A stretch of DNA of 64,000 nt from Candidatus Terraquivivens yellowstonensis (GCA_023539445.1 JAKCEW010000003.1:2250-66249); one strand, 5' to 3'. Shown: positions 29,209 through 39,612, counted from the first letter of the stretch. Numbers and translations: made by a program. Notes: generated from the letters alone by a model not told the origin.

Positions 29209-30846
29209 TTACTCAGATTCGCTCTTCTTTTCCTCTTCACTCTTCTTTTCTGTGAACTTCTTTCTCGAAGCTGCGACGACGTCGTCGATACGCAATATCA
29301 TCGCGGCCGCCTCTAGAGACGACTTCAGCGCATTCTCTTTGACCCTCAGCGGCTCTAGGACGCCCAGCTTTAGCATATCATCGACCTTGCCAGTGAATAG
29401 GTTAATGCCATAGCTTCTGCCGTCATTCTCGTGTGCATGTCTTAATGCAGTCATTATTTCAACGGGCTCGAGGCCTGCATTCTCTGCGAGCGTCCTCGGT
29501 ATAACTTCTACGGCGTCTGCAAAAGCGAGGAATGCCAGCTGTTCCTTACCCGTTAGCTTGCCCATCTCTTTTCGTATAGCTTTGGCTATCTCTACTTCCG
29601 TAGCACCGCCACCCGGTACTATCTTGTTATTCTCCACGAGGTTGATGACGTTCATTATGGCATCGTTTAAAGCCCTCTCAGCTTCATCCATCTGCCTCTC
29701 CAGACCAGCACGAATCAGTATGGAAACCGCACCCGGGTTCTCGCATTGCTCAACGAAAACTAGCCTATCCTCACCTATCTTCCTCTCCTCTACCAGCCCG
29801 GCTTTCCCTAGGTCTTTCTCAGTGAGGCTTTCGATGTTTGTAACTATTCTTCCTCCTGTAGCCTTTGCCAGCTTTTCCATGTCAGACCTCTTAACACGTC
29901 TTACGGCAAGTATGCCGGCCTTCGCTAGGAAGAACTGAGCGGCATCATCTATACCCTTCTGACACACCACGACGTTCGCGCCAACAGAAACTATCTTGTC
30001 AACCATCTCTTTGAGAATGTTAGTCTCTTCGTCTAAGAATGCCTTTATCTTGGATGGGTCTCTAATTCTGATCTCAGCGCTGAATTCTGTCTTTTCTATC
30101 TCTAACGGCGTATCAAGCAAGGCTATCCTGGCATTCTCTACCCTCTTCGGCATTGCAGGATGGACGACCTCTTTGTCAATCACGATACCCCTTATAAGCT
30201 CTGACTCCATAAGACTCTTGCCGACCTTCTTTACGATCTGTATGTCGTCCTTGTCAGCCACTAGCTTGCCATCTCTTTCCTTTATGACCGAAAGGACTGC
30301 CTCTATTGCTAGGTCTGCTATGTGGTCGAGTGCATACCCTAGTGATTTGCTACTGAGCGCCGTCTTTACGACCTTCTTGAGAGTTTCTTTGTCCTTCAGG
30401 TCTACGGTTAGCGTTATATCTTGAAGGGCTCTATAAGCGACGTCCAATGCTTTCCTGTAACCGCTGATTATCGTACTCGGGTGGATTTTCTGCTCCATGA
30501 GTTCCTCAGCCTTTTTCAGGAGCTCACCCGCAAGGATGACCGCAGTGGTCGTGCCGTCGCCAACTGTTTCGTCCTGCGCCTTCGCAACCTCCACTATCAT
30601 CTTAGCGGCAGGATGTTCAACATCTACCTTCTTGAGTATGGTTGCACCGTCATTCGTGACAACGACGTCACCTAGGCTATCTACCAGCATCTTATCCATT
30701 CCCTTCGGTCCAAGCGTACTCTTGACCATTTCAGCGATTATCTTAGCAGCTAGAATGTTATTGTGCTGAGCTGGCCTACCCCTCGTCCTCTGAGTTCCTT
30801 CCTTTAATATCAATATAGGTTGCCTTGTCATAGACATGAAGATCAC
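29209..30846 (-). CDS. Thermosome (group II chaperonin) subunit
   Basis: 545 aa. ATP-binding GDGTTT, VPGGGA, the equatorial/apical layout and a charged EEKKSE tail are all typical of thermosome. Confidence 0.9.
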   Translation of the reverse strand: MIFMSMTRQPILILKEGTQRTRGRPAQHNNILAAKIIAEMVKSTLGPKGMDKMLVDSLGDVVVTNDGATILKKVDVEHPAAKMIVEVAKAQDETVGDGTTTAVILAGELLKKAEELMEQKIHPSTIISGYRKALDVAYRALQDITLTVDLKDKETLKKVVKTALSSKSLGYALDHIADLAIEAVLSVIKERDGKLVADKDDIQIVKKVGKSLMESELIRGIVIDKEVVHPAMPKRVENARIALLDTPLEIEKTEFSAEIRIRDPSKIKAFLDEETNILKEMVDKIVSVGANVVVCQKGIDDAAQFFLAKAGILAVRRVKRSDMEKLAKATGGRIVTNIESLTEKDLGKAGLVEERKIGEDRLVFVEQCENPGAVSILIRAGLERQMDEAERALNDAIMNVINLVENNKIVPGGGATEVEIAKAIRKEMGKLTGKEQLAFLAFADAVEVIPRTLAENAGLEPVEIMTALRHAHENDGRSYGINLFTGKVDDMLKLGVLEPLRVKENALKSSLEAAAMILRIDDVVAASRKKFTEKKSEEEKKSESE

Positions 30847-30990
30847 CTCTCAACAGTTTCTGAGAGATTTACCGAAGCAAGTAAAATATTAAGGTTTAGT
30901 CGTGATTGCGTCCTATTCTGGCGATTTCACGGTTTTTAACGGTTTAATGACGAAATGCTTAATTTGTAGGCGCCTATAAACTATTCTGCT

Positions 30991-31065
30991 GCTCCGGTAG
31001 TATAGTCCGGTCAAGTATACGGGCCTCTCGAGCCCGGGACCCGGGTTCAAATCCCGGCCGGAGCA
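30991..31065 (+). tRNA. tRNA-Glu (anticodon CTC), no encoded CCA
   Basis: Acceptor GCTCCGG/CCGGAGC, anticodon stem CGGGC/GCCCG with loop CTCTCGA, T arm CCGGG-TTCAAAT-CCCGG, discriminator A. Total 75 nt. Confidence 0.8.
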
Positions 31066-31259
31066 CTATGCAACATGATTTTGCCAAAGCATACTCTCAC
31101 TTGAGATTATAAAATTTTTGGAAAACGGTAAGAGAATTTGTTGAGGTCCATTTCTTCACATTAAGATAAATTCGCATGGAACGCTCGTATTTTTATTTAG
31201 ACATCTCATTGAAGTAAAATAGCAGCAACTGGGATGCAAATACAGGGAGCTGACGTCCT

Positions 31260-32306
31260 TTGGACAGAATAACGATTGCCCATGGCGCGGGAGGCGTCGT
31301 GATGCAATCTCTAATCAAGGACTTTATACTTAAGAACCTTAGCTGGGGAAACGCCGAAGTCCCTCTGGAGGCGCTGGACGATGCTGCTGTAGTGGATGGC
31401 ATCGTGATAAAGTCGGATTCCTATACAGTTAAACCACTGTTCTTTCCGGGCGGTGATATAGGAAGGTTAGCGGTTTCAGGAACCGTGAATGACATATCCA
31501 TGCTGGGAGCTGAGCCTGTTGCGCTCGCGATGGGATTTGTTTTGGAAGAAGGGTTTCCGTTGTCGGATTTTGAGAGGATAATTTTGAGCATAAGACAAAC
31601 GTGCATAGAGGCTGACGTGTTCGTAGCAACAGGTGACACGAAGGTTGTGGAAAGGGGTGCTTTGGATAAGTTCATCATAAACTCGTCTGGTATCGGTAGA
31701 AGGCATGCTGCGTTAGATTACAACCTTAGCGTCGTTAGACGCTACAGGAATCTCGAGACAAGGTGGCTTCTTGACTCCAACATCAGGCCGGGCGATAAGA
31801 TAATAGTTTCTGGAACTATCGGCGACCATGGTATAGCCATACTTTCCTCAAGAGAAGGCTATGGGTTCGATACTGTCATAAAGTCTGACGTTGCACCTCT
31901 TAACAAAATGGTAAAGAAAGCTTTGGAAGTTGGCGGAGTCGTTGCCATGAAGGATCCAACAAGGGGTGGTCTATCAAATGCCCTCAACGAATGGTCCCAA
32001 AAGTCGGGGGTCGGACTTTACATAAAGGAGGAGAAAATACCGATAAGAGAGGGAGTTAGGGCTGCCTGTGAAATGTTGGGTATAGACCCGCTCGAGGTGG
32101 GAAACGAAGGAAAGGCGATAATCGCCGTAGTGCCTCATATGGCTGAGGCAGTGCTGGAGGCTATACGTGAGACACCAGAAGGTAGGGATGCAGAGATAAT
32201 AGGCGAGGCCACCGATAAGTATGAGCACGTTGTGCTCGAGACAATAGTGGGTGGCAGGAGGCTTCTACCTCCGCCAATAGGCGATCCTGTTCCAAGGATT
32301 TGTTGA
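31260..32306 (+). CDS. hypE: Hydrogenase maturation factor HypE
   Basis: 348 aa with a PurM-like fold and the invariant C-terminal PRIC motif. Confidence 0.9.
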   Translation: MDRITIAHGAGGVVMQSLIKDFILKNLSWGNAEVPLEALDDAAVVDGIVIKSDSYTVKPLFFPGGDIGRLAVSGTVNDISMLGAEPVALAMGFVLEEGFPLSDFERIILSIRQTCIEADVFVATGDTKVVERGALDKFIINSSGIGRRHAALDYNLSVVRRYRNLETRWLLDSNIRPGDKIIVSGTIGDHGIAILSSREGYGFDTVIKSDVAPLNKMVKKALEVGGVVAMKDPTRGGLSNALNEWSQKSGVGLYIKEEKIPIREGVRAACEMLGIDPLEVGNEGKAIIAVVPHMAEAVLEAIRETPEGRDAEIIGEATDKYEHVVLETIVGGRRLLPPPIGDPVPRIC

Positions 32307-32357
32307 ACTGTGCTCCAAATATGTTGATGTGGGTCTCTCATAATTTGAGTTTAATCT

Positions 32358-33443
32358 TTATAAGTGCACCATGTGAGTTGCCCAGATTCTGCATGTGCCC
32401 TCGATGGATACCATGCATGGCCCGACGGGTTTATTTGGTTTGCATACCTTCATGTATAGCGGGCACTGTGTTGGCTTGATCCTCCCAAGCATAATCTCGG
32501 CGCACCTACATCCCGGATGCATCTCGCTGACGTAATCTACATTCTTCAAACCGTACTTGTATCTCGCGTCGTAATCCTTAAACTCTTCCTTCAATGCGAA
32601 GCCTGTACGTTCTATCATACCTATGCCCCTCCAATGAGCGTCGGTTAGATCGAATACTTGATTAATTGTTTGCATCGCCCTAACATTACCTTCCCATGTA
32701 ACGGACCTCGAATACTGGTTCAGCACTTCCGCCCTGCCCTCCGATATCTGTTTAATCAACATGAAAATAGACATTAAAACATCCACGGGCTCGAAACCGG
32801 AGGCGACGACTGGTATTCCGTATTCCTTGGCCAAGGGCTCGTAAGCCTTCAAGCCGCTTATCGTCGTGGCATGACCTGGTGCTATTACGCCATCCATTTC
32901 CAGCTTGCCCCGTGAGTAAAGGTTGATGACCGCGGGTGGTACATACCTATGTGAGTTGAGTATAGAGAAGTTTTTAGGTGGCGTCCGGAGTATGTGTAGT
33001 GCGGTAATTGGTGCTGTAGTCTCGAACCCTACTGCGAAGAAAACGACTTCCTTGCTTTGATCTGATTCCGCTAGCTTAAGCGCGTCGAGTATGCTATAAA
33101 CGATTTTCACACTACCGCCTTCCGATCGCACACCCTCTAGGGAATATTTGGTACCGATAGACCTTGATACGTCTCCAAAGACCGCAACAGTCTTGCCTTC
33201 GAGTGCGAGCTCTGCCGCTTGGTCAATATCCAAAGCGGGGGTTATGCATACAGGACAGCCAGGTCCTGCGATAAGCTCTATGTTATCTGGGAGGAGCGAG
33301 CGCAAACCATAATGAATGATTGTCCATTCATGCGTACCGCATACATGGCATATCCTGACCGGTTTCTTAATGGGAATATCCTTGATTTTGCGCACAAGCG
33401 CCTCTGCTAACTCTTTATTCCTGAATTCCTTCAAAAAGCTCAA
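32358..33443 (-). CDS. hypD: Hydrogenase maturation factor HypD
   Basis: 361 aa with the conserved CGxH, GPGCPVC and C-terminal FeS cysteines. Confidence 0.9.
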   Translation of the reverse strand: MSFLKEFRNKELAEALVRKIKDIPIKKPVRICHVCGTHEWTIIHYGLRSLLPDNIELIAGPGCPVCITPALDIDQAAELALEGKTVAVFGDVSRSIGTKYSLEGVRSEGGSVKIVYSILDALKLAESDQSKEVVFFAVGFETTAPITALHILRTPPKNFSILNSHRYVPPAVINLYSRGKLEMDGVIAPGHATTISGLKAYEPLAKEYGIPVVASGFEPVDVLMSIFMLIKQISEGRAEVLNQYSRSVTWEGNVRAMQTINQVFDLTDAHWRGIGMIERTGFALKEEFKDYDARYKYGLKNVDYVSEMHPGCRCAEIMLGRIKPTQCPLYMKVCKPNKPVGPCMVSIEGTCRIWATHMVHL

Positions 33444-33463
33444 GCAAATTCACCAATGGCCGT

Positions 33464-33682
33464 CTACCCTTTGCTGAGCATCTCGGACAACAGCTCTATT
33501 GTCTTGAGAGCTTCATCTTCGTTAAGTACCTGTATAGCGTAGCCGGCATGGACGAGTACGTACTGTCCTACGGAAACGTCTACGAGCGAAACGTCTACAT
33601 CCCTGAGCGTATTATCGCCAAAATCTACTTTAGCTATATTGCCGACTTTTTCGACAACCTTCGCAGGTATGGCTAAGCACAT
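33464..33682 (-). CDS. hypC: Hydrogenase maturation factor HypC
   Basis: 72 aa starting MCLAIP, the hallmark N-terminal Cys2 motif. Confidence 0.85.
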   Translation of the reverse strand: MCLAIPAKVVEKVGNIAKVDFGDNTLRDVDVSLVDVSVGQYVLVHAGYAIQVLNEDEALKTIELLSEMLSKG

Positions 33683-33727
33683 CTTTTAGAAAATTGCGAG
33701 AACCCAACTAATAAACTCTCACAATAT

Positions 33728-34096
33728 TTAAAGCTCGAGCCTTACCCTTTTTATGATGCAACCCTTTCCCTCCAAAACTTCTACAGGGCTTCCACAGATG
33801 GGACACAAGAATAGGGGGGCCGAGATATGATAAGAGGCATCATCAGCGTAGTCCGGCTTACCGTCAAATCCACAGACTTTACACCTAACGTGAGCCTCTA
33901 TCGTATTGATGGTAAGACGAGAATTTTCTAGAATTGTGCCCTTAGAAAGCACCTCATACGCAAAGCGCATCTGCTCTGGATTGAGAAATGAGAGCTGGCC
34001 AACGTCTAACTCGACCTCTATAACTCTTTTCGCATCTCTTTTTCTGGCTTCCTCCACCACTCTCTCTACGAGTTGCGATACTACGGAGAACTCGTG
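33728..34096 (-). CDS. hypA: Hydrogenase nickel-incorporation protein HypA. The start is reassigned to the internal Met of the listed ORF.
   Basis: Begins MHEFSV and has Zn-finger CKVCG...CPICG. The listed 142-aa ORF would overlap the hypB stop; starting at MHEFSV leaves a 5-nt gap. Confidence 0.8.
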   Translation of the reverse strand, partial: HEFSVVSQLVERVVEEARKRDAKRVIEVELDVGQLSFLNPEQMRFAYEVLSKGTILENSRLTINTIEAHVRCKVCGFDGKPDYADDASYHISAPLFLCPICGSPVEVLEGKGCIIKRVRLEL

Positions 34097-34101
34097 CATT
34101 T

Positions 34102-34803
34102 CTACAACAGACCCAGTACCTTGGCTACCTTTTCTACACCTTCGCCAGTCTTGCAACTCGCCCTAACGACCACGACATCCGGAGAAACTTTTTTTATCTT
34201 GGCTTCCAACTCATCAACATCTACGCCCATGGCTTCTGCTAAGTCTATCTTGTTGATAACGGCTACATCTGCTTCCATGAATATGTAAGGATGCTTCAAA
34301 GGTGTGTAGGGACCCTCGGTCACGCTTATTACAACAACTCTAGTGTCAGTTCCTAGCGGAAACTCGGCTGGACATATCAGATTTCCAACATTCTCGATGA
34401 AAAGCAAATCGATATCATTCAAGTCTATTTTACTTAGGGCCTTTCTCACGAGGTTGGCGTCGAGGTGACATTCTTTGCCGGTGTTTATCTGCAGCGTCTT
34501 AGCACCGGATCTCCTCAACCTTTCGGCATCTATCGTCGTCGTAACATCACCACCAAATACAGCAATCCTGTACTTGTCCTTTAACAGCCCTATTAGCTTC
34601 TCGATCAGCGTTGTCTTTCCAGAGCCCACTGAGCCCATTACGTCAATAGCCCTTATGCGATGCTTTTCCAAGAGTTGTTTGTTTTCCTCGGCTATCCTCC
34701 TATTCGCCTCGAGCAAGTCTTCTTCGAGTTCTATGTCGAAAACTTCACCCTTATCAGGCATTATTATCTCTATTTCATCTGGCAAAGTTAGACGCTCCTT
34801 CAA
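34102..34803 (-). CDS. hypB: Hydrogenase nickel-incorporation GTPase HypB
   Basis: GTPase P-loop GSVGSGKTTL and the G-domain layout of HypB/UreG. Confidence 0.85.
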   Translation of the reverse strand: MKERLTLPDEIEIIMPDKGEVFDIELEEDLLEANRRIAEENKQLLEKHRIRAIDVMGSVGSGKTTLIEKLIGLLKDKYRIAVFGGDVTTTIDAERLRRSGAKTLQINTGKECHLDANLVRKALSKIDLNDIDLLFIENVGNLICPAEFPLGTDTRVVVISVTEGPYTPLKHPYIFMEADVAVINKIDLAEAMGVDVDELEAKIKKVSPDVVVVRASCKTGEGVEKVAKVLGLL

Positions 34804-34964
34804 CTACAGTGATTTGTTCTAAAATTTAAAGATGAGGTGAGCGGTCCTATAAAAGGGTCTTTGCTCAACTATTAGCAGGAGATTAACACCACTCATCCAT
34901 GTATTTGGTTAGAAATCTTTAAAAATCACAAAAGGCTTTTTTGTAACAAATTCGGTGTCATCCC

Positions 34965-36545
34965 TTGACCCAGACTGCTAAATCTTTAAAGGAAGATGCG
35001 AAGATCATTGCTACTACCCAGAGCATCTGTCCTACATGTAATGCGATAATACCGGCACAGCTTGTCGAAGTTGATGGAAAGGTTCTGATGATGAAGTCCT
35101 GTCCAGAGCACGGTTACGTTGAGGAACTTTATTTTGGCGATGTGAACATGTACAGAAGGTTTAGCAAGTGGGCACATGACGGTAAGGGGATAGAAAATCC
35201 GAACGTTCAAGTTAAGGAGCCAACCTGTCCGATGGACTGCGGTTTATGCAACATGCATTTGAGCCATACTGCTCTTGCAAACATTGTTGTGACAAACAGG
35301 TGCGATCTCAGATGCTGGTACTGCTTCTTCTACAGTGAAAAAGTAGGATACGTTTACGAGCCTACGTTGGAACAAATAGAAGAGATGGTAAAAATCCTCA
35401 GAGCGGAGAGGCCGGTTCCAGGAAACTCCGTCCAGTTGACCGGCGGGGAGCCGTGCCTGAGAGATGACCTTCCGGAGATAGTTCGCATAATAAAAAAGTA
35501 CGGTGTTGACCATGTTCAGCTTAACACGAATGGTATAAGACTTGCCAACGATTTTGAGTTCTTTAGAAAGGTTAAGGAGGCTGGTTTGAGCACACTTTAC
35601 CTAAGCTTTGATGGTGTAACACCGGAGACAAATATAAAGAACCATTGGGAAATACCAGCGATTTTGGATAACGCAAGGAAACTTAACGTCGGCGTCGTTC
35701 TTGTGCCAACCATAATAAAATCCGTTAATGATCACGAGTTGGGAGATATCATCAGATTCGGTTTTAAGAACGTTGACATCGTTAGATCTGTGAACTTTCA
35801 GCCAGTATCCTTGACGGGTTTGATGCCAAAGAAGGACAGGGATAGGTACAGGATAACGATACCCGATTGCATTCACCTCATAGAGGAACAAACTGATGGG
35901 CAGATACCAGCGGACGCATGGTTCACAGTACCAACATGCACGCCGGTGACACACTTCGTAGAGGCCCTAACACTCAAGCCACAATATGAATTAACAACAC
36001 ACTTCGTCTGCGGTGCGGGAACTTATGTTTTTAAAGATGGTGACAGACTCGTGCCGATAACGGAGTTCGTAGATATTGAAGGGCTGCTTAATTACATCTC
36101 CGAGAAGGCGGAGGAGATAAGGCAAGGGAAGAGCAAGTATATAGTCGGGCTCAAGCTACTTATGAAGATAAAGAGTTTCATAAACGAAAGTAAAAAGCCG
36201 GCTGGGATGAACATATCCAGGATACTCTTCCAAATACTTGTAAATCATGACTACAGTAGCCTCGGTGAATGGCATAAAAGAAGCCTTTTCCTTGGTATGA
36301 TGCATTTCCAAGACAAGTACAACTACGACATAGAGAGAGTTAAAAGGTGCAGCATCCACTATCTCGTGCCAGATGGCCGCATCATTCCATTCTGTGCGTT
36401 TAACGTGTTACCGGAGATTTACAGGGACGTCATACAAGCGAAGTACGGCATACCTATTCCTGAGTGGGAGAGGCGCACAGGCAGAAAGCTGAGCCAAGAT
36501 TTCTACGTTAGAAAGCAAGCAACTGTTGTTGGGGGTCCACCATAG
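34965..36545 (+). CDS. Radical SAM enzyme with N-terminal Cys4 Zn-ribbon-like motif, function unknown
   Basis: CPTCN...CPEHG at the N-terminus, then radical SAM CxxxCxxC (NRCDLRCWYC) and glycine-rich SAM motif LTGGEP. 526 aa. Confidence 0.6.
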   Translation: MTQTAKSLKEDAKIIATTQSICPTCNAIIPAQLVEVDGKVLMMKSCPEHGYVEELYFGDVNMYRRFSKWAHDGKGIENPNVQVKEPTCPMDCGLCNMHLSHTALANIVVTNRCDLRCWYCFFYSEKVGYVYEPTLEQIEEMVKILRAERPVPGNSVQLTGGEPCLRDDLPEIVRIIKKYGVDHVQLNTNGIRLANDFEFFRKVKEAGLSTLYLSFDGVTPETNIKNHWEIPAILDNARKLNVGVVLVPTIIKSVNDHELGDIIRFGFKNVDIVRSVNFQPVSLTGLMPKKDRDRYRITIPDCIHLIEEQTDGQIPADAWFTVPTCTPVTHFVEALTLKPQYELTTHFVCGAGTYVFKDGDRLVPITEFVDIEGLLNYISEKAEEIRQGKSKYIVGLKLLMKIKSFINESKKPAGMNISRILFQILVNHDYSSLGEWHKRSLFLGMMHFQDKYNYDIERVKRCSIHYLVPDGRIIPFCAFNVLPEIYRDVIQAKYGIPIPEWERRTGRKLSQDFYVRKQATVVGGPP

Positions 36546-36547
36546 GC

Positions 36548-37378
36548 TTAATTTTTCGTTTTAACCTCTTGGCGCCTACTTTTATACCATTCACAGTAAG
36601 CTGTTATGGGACACATTTCGCATCTCGGTCTCGGTTTTCTGCAGATTTCCCTTCCAAACTTAACCAGTATACTGTTTACGATTCTTCTCATATGCAACGG
36701 TGTGATCTTCTCTATGCTCTTTCTCGTATCCTCGTACTTTGCATTCCACTTGGCTATCCCAAGCCTTTTGGAGACGGCGTCAACATGCGTATCTACTGCC
36801 ACAACCGGCTCGCCATAGGCGACCGACAGCACGATGTCAGCTGTCTTGTAACCTACGCCCGGTAGCTCTATGAGGACCTCCCTACTTCTTGGAACTTGGC
36901 CATTGTAATGCTTGAGTATTAACTTTGCCACCTCCTTTATCCTCTTAGCCTTCTGCCTGTAAAACCCTACGGGCTTTATCAAACGTATTATGTCGTTTAG
37001 CGGCGCCCTTGCAATTTCCTCAGCGTTTTTATACTTTGAAAAGAGCCTGCTGAATGCTAAATCTGTCATCTCATCACGAGTTCTATGCGAAAGTATAGTG
37101 CCCACGAGTACCCTGAATGGGTCTGGATTATCTAAATGTATAGGAGCTTGCACACCGTAGCGCTCAGCTAGTAAGTTTATTATCCTTACGAAGGTTTCCT
37201 CGTCCAACCCTACATCCTTAAACTTTACCTGTAAGCTATGTACTCTTTGCCAAGCAATTCCCTTGCCACTATTATCTTCATTATCTCTGTGGCACCCTCG
37301 GCCCACATGTACGACCTTACACCTCTTAATGCTATCTGGAGCGGGCAATCGGCCATGTAACCATATGCTCCGTACCAT
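36548..37378 (-). CDS. nth: Endonuclease III (HhH-GPD with [4Fe-4S] cluster loop). The true start is probably internal, because the listed ORF overlaps the upstream gene by ~150 nt.
   Basis: HhH motif LIELPGVGYKTADIV, catalytic-Asp context VDTHV, and C-terminal C-x6-C-x2-C-x5-C (CRKPRPRCEMCPITAYC). Confidence 0.7.
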   Translation of the reverse strand: MVRSIWLHGRLPAPDSIKRCKVVHVGRGCHRDNEDNSGKGIAWQRVHSLQVKFKDVGLDEETFVRIINLLAERYGVQAPIHLDNPDPFRVLVGTILSHRTRDEMTDLAFSRLFSKYKNAEEIARAPLNDIIRLIKPVGFYRQKAKRIKEVAKLILKHYNGQVPRSREVLIELPGVGYKTADIVLSVAYGEPVVAVDTHVDAVSKRLGIAKWNAKYEDTRKSIEKITPLHMRRIVNSILVKFGREICRKPRPRCEMCPITAYCEWYKSRRQEVKTKN

Positions 37379-38436
37379 TGCATGGCGTCGTTTATCGCAT
37401 CAAATGCAACCCATGGCGCTAGCATCTTAGCCTCTGCCGCTACCTTCGTCACCTCAAACCTTGTGAACTTGCCCTCTCTCTGCTCTTTATCAAACATCCA
37501 TAGTGCTTTGTATCCCAGAAGCCTAACAGCATCCAGCTTTGCGTAGTTTTCCGCCAGCTTAAACTGTACACCCTCATATTTGGCCAACGGGTTACCGAAG
37601 ACCTTTCTTTGCTTTATGTAATCCATCACCATCTCGAGAGCCGACATTGCCGCACCACAGCAGACAACCGATATTATTGACCTAGCAAAATCGAAGCCCT
37701 CCATGCAAATGTAGAACCCTCTGTTCTCTGGTCCGACCATATTCTCCTCGGGAACCTCCACATCCTTTAACGAAAAGCCTCCGGTCGATATGCCCCTTCT
37801 TCCAAATTCTTTGAGGTACGTAATGCTAACTTCTCCAGAAACTTCTTTTATCGGTACGTAGAACAGCGACATGCCCCTTGTTCCCTTTGATGGGTCGGTT
37901 TTTGCCAAGGTGAGAAAACCGCCACCTTCAGGGAGAAGTTCCATCACCTCCCTCACACCAGATGTGTAGAGTTTCTCACCGTTAAGGATGTATGAACTAC
38001 CCTTCTTTACGGCAGTCATGCCTATGTTTGCAAGGTCTGAGCCGGCTGCTGGTTCAGTAGTCGCTATTCCAAGGAATGCTCTACCCTTTGCGACTTTTGA
38101 AAGAACCTTCTTTGAAAGTTCAGGGTCCCCATACTTGTCGAATATGTAGCCCCATGCTGCGGGGACGAGGTAGAAGACTGCTGTAGCACATGATATGTCC
38201 GCCCTACCTATCTCCTCACCCGCTATGCCCGCAGTCACGGCATCCGCGCCAGCCCCACCCTTTTCTGGCGACGCTGTCACAGCAAGGACTCCTATGTTCG
38301 CCAAACCCTCAATCACATCGTGAGGTATCCTACCGCCTTCCTCTATCTCAAAGAGTCTCGGGGCCAAGTTCTTTTGACAGTATTCCCTAAGGGATTTTCT
38401 AAAAAGCTCCTGCTCCTCGGTAAAATCGAAATCCAT
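37225..38436 (-). CDS. Acyl-CoA dehydrogenase
   Basis: 403 aa with ACAD N-terminal, middle beta and C-terminal helical domains. The C-terminal catalytic-Glu region reads ...YMWAEGATEIM. Confidence 0.8.
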   Translation of the reverse strand: MDFDFTEEQELFRKSLREYCQKNLAPRLFEIEEGGRIPHDVIEGLANIGVLAVTASPEKGGAGADAVTAGIAGEEIGRADISCATAVFYLVPAAWGYIFDKYGDPELSKKVLSKVAKGRAFLGIATTEPAAGSDLANIGMTAVKKGSSYILNGEKLYTSGVREVMELLPEGGGFLTLAKTDPSKGTRGMSLFYVPIKEVSGEVSITYLKEFGRRGISTGGFSLKDVEVPEENMVGPENRGFYICMEGFDFARSIISVVCCGAAMSALEMVMDYIKQRKVFGNPLAKYEGVQFKLAENYAKLDAVRLLGYKALWMFDKEQREGKFTRFEVTKVAAEAKMLAPWVAFDAINDAMQWYGAYGYMADCPLQIALRGVRSYMWAEGATEIMKIIVARELLGKEYIAYR

Positions 38437-38514
38437 ACTTATGCACCTCTTCGAATCAGGACGTAAGTAGACTGCTAAGCGTTATAAGTCTTTTTTGCGT
38501 CTAAAAACTTATTC

Positions 38515-39612
38515 TCAGATATCGGTTGGTGATATGTTCATCATAGCTACCTCTACACTTCCCGTCTTTCCCCTTTGTACGAACATTTTGTCCGGAAATC
38601 TGATTGCTAAGTTGTTGAACACATCATGAACCATGCTTGGTGTTGAGAATAGTTTTCTTTCTAGCAAAAGGAAAACACAAAGCCTTTCCAGCATGTTAAG
38701 GTTTACCGCGTTCCCTTTACTCGTAAACCTACCATATGCTTCAATTAGCATGCTTGCTACATCGAGCCTACTAGCTTTCGTCAGACCCGGAACCATGAGC
38801 GGTGCTAGATCTTTTATGACTTCTTCCTCGATTCTTTTCAAGGAAACCTTAAGGTAACCTTCGAATAGCTCTTTACACTTAACAAAGCTCTCCTCTGCGG
38901 AATACTTACCCCTACCAGATCTTTTGAGAATGCCCAAATCTACGAGCCACTCTAATCTAGGCGGAGCTATATGCCTGTATTTGGCATACTGGCTGCTCTT
39001 TATCCATTCGCTTTTATTCTCTAAACTGAGTCTTTTCATCTTGAATTTTTCTGCCTCGGCTATCTCCTTCTCCACCATGCTCCTCTTCTTCGCATCAACC
39101 TTTGTTACAATACTCTTCAAAGCAGATGGGTAAAGCTCCTCCATCATGTAATTCATCGCTTCCATCCTAGTAAACTCCTCACGTTCTAAAGCCCAAATTA
39201 TAGTATTCAGCAAAAATGGAAAGTCCGCGGAGATTAAAGTGGTGAAGAACAGCATTTTTTCAACGGGATTTAGCGTCAATAACTCTTCGTGTGTAATTTG
39301 TTTGCTTTCGTGGAGGAATTTTGTTGCGGAGTTGAGTCTTACGTAAATCCTGCCGATGTCTCCCAAAGTCTGCGTCTTTCTATCGAGTATGTTCATCTCT
39401 GCCGCAACGGAGACGTAATTTCTTGCGTTTACCGGTCTAGTGATTATCCCTATGGGTTTTATCGGAAGCTGCGGCGGCCCGATGTTGCGTATGAAGTCGT
39501 AAAGATTGGATGCCAAGAAGTCGAAGCTTTTCGGTGTGTCCTCCTCTGCGAGGCAAGCTATAAGTCTCATGTAACCCAGTCTGCAAACATCTCCATGTGT
39601 TTCCAGAATCAT
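38515..39612 (-). CDS. Hypothetical protein, candidate restriction-endonuclease partner of the upstream DNA methyltransferase
   Basis: 365 aa with no recognisable motif. It is translationally coupled to the methyltransferase by a 4-nt overlap. Confidence 0.3.
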   Translation of the reverse strand: MILETHGDVCRLGYMRLIACLAEEDTPKSFDFLASNLYDFIRNIGPPQLPIKPIGIITRPVNARNYVSVAAEMNILDRKTQTLGDIGRIYVRLNSATKFLHESKQITHEELLTLNPVEKMLFFTTLISADFPFLLNTIIWALEREEFTRMEAMNYMMEELYPSALKSIVTKVDAKKRSMVEKEIAEAEKFKMKRLSLENKSEWIKSSQYAKYRHIAPPRLEWLVDLGILKRSGRGKYSAEESFVKCKELFEGYLKVSLKRIEEEVIKDLAPLMVPGLTKASRLDVASMLIEAYGRFTSKGNAVNLNMLERLCVFLLLERKLFSTPSMVHDVFNNLAIRFPDKMFVQRGKTGSVEVAMMNISPTDI

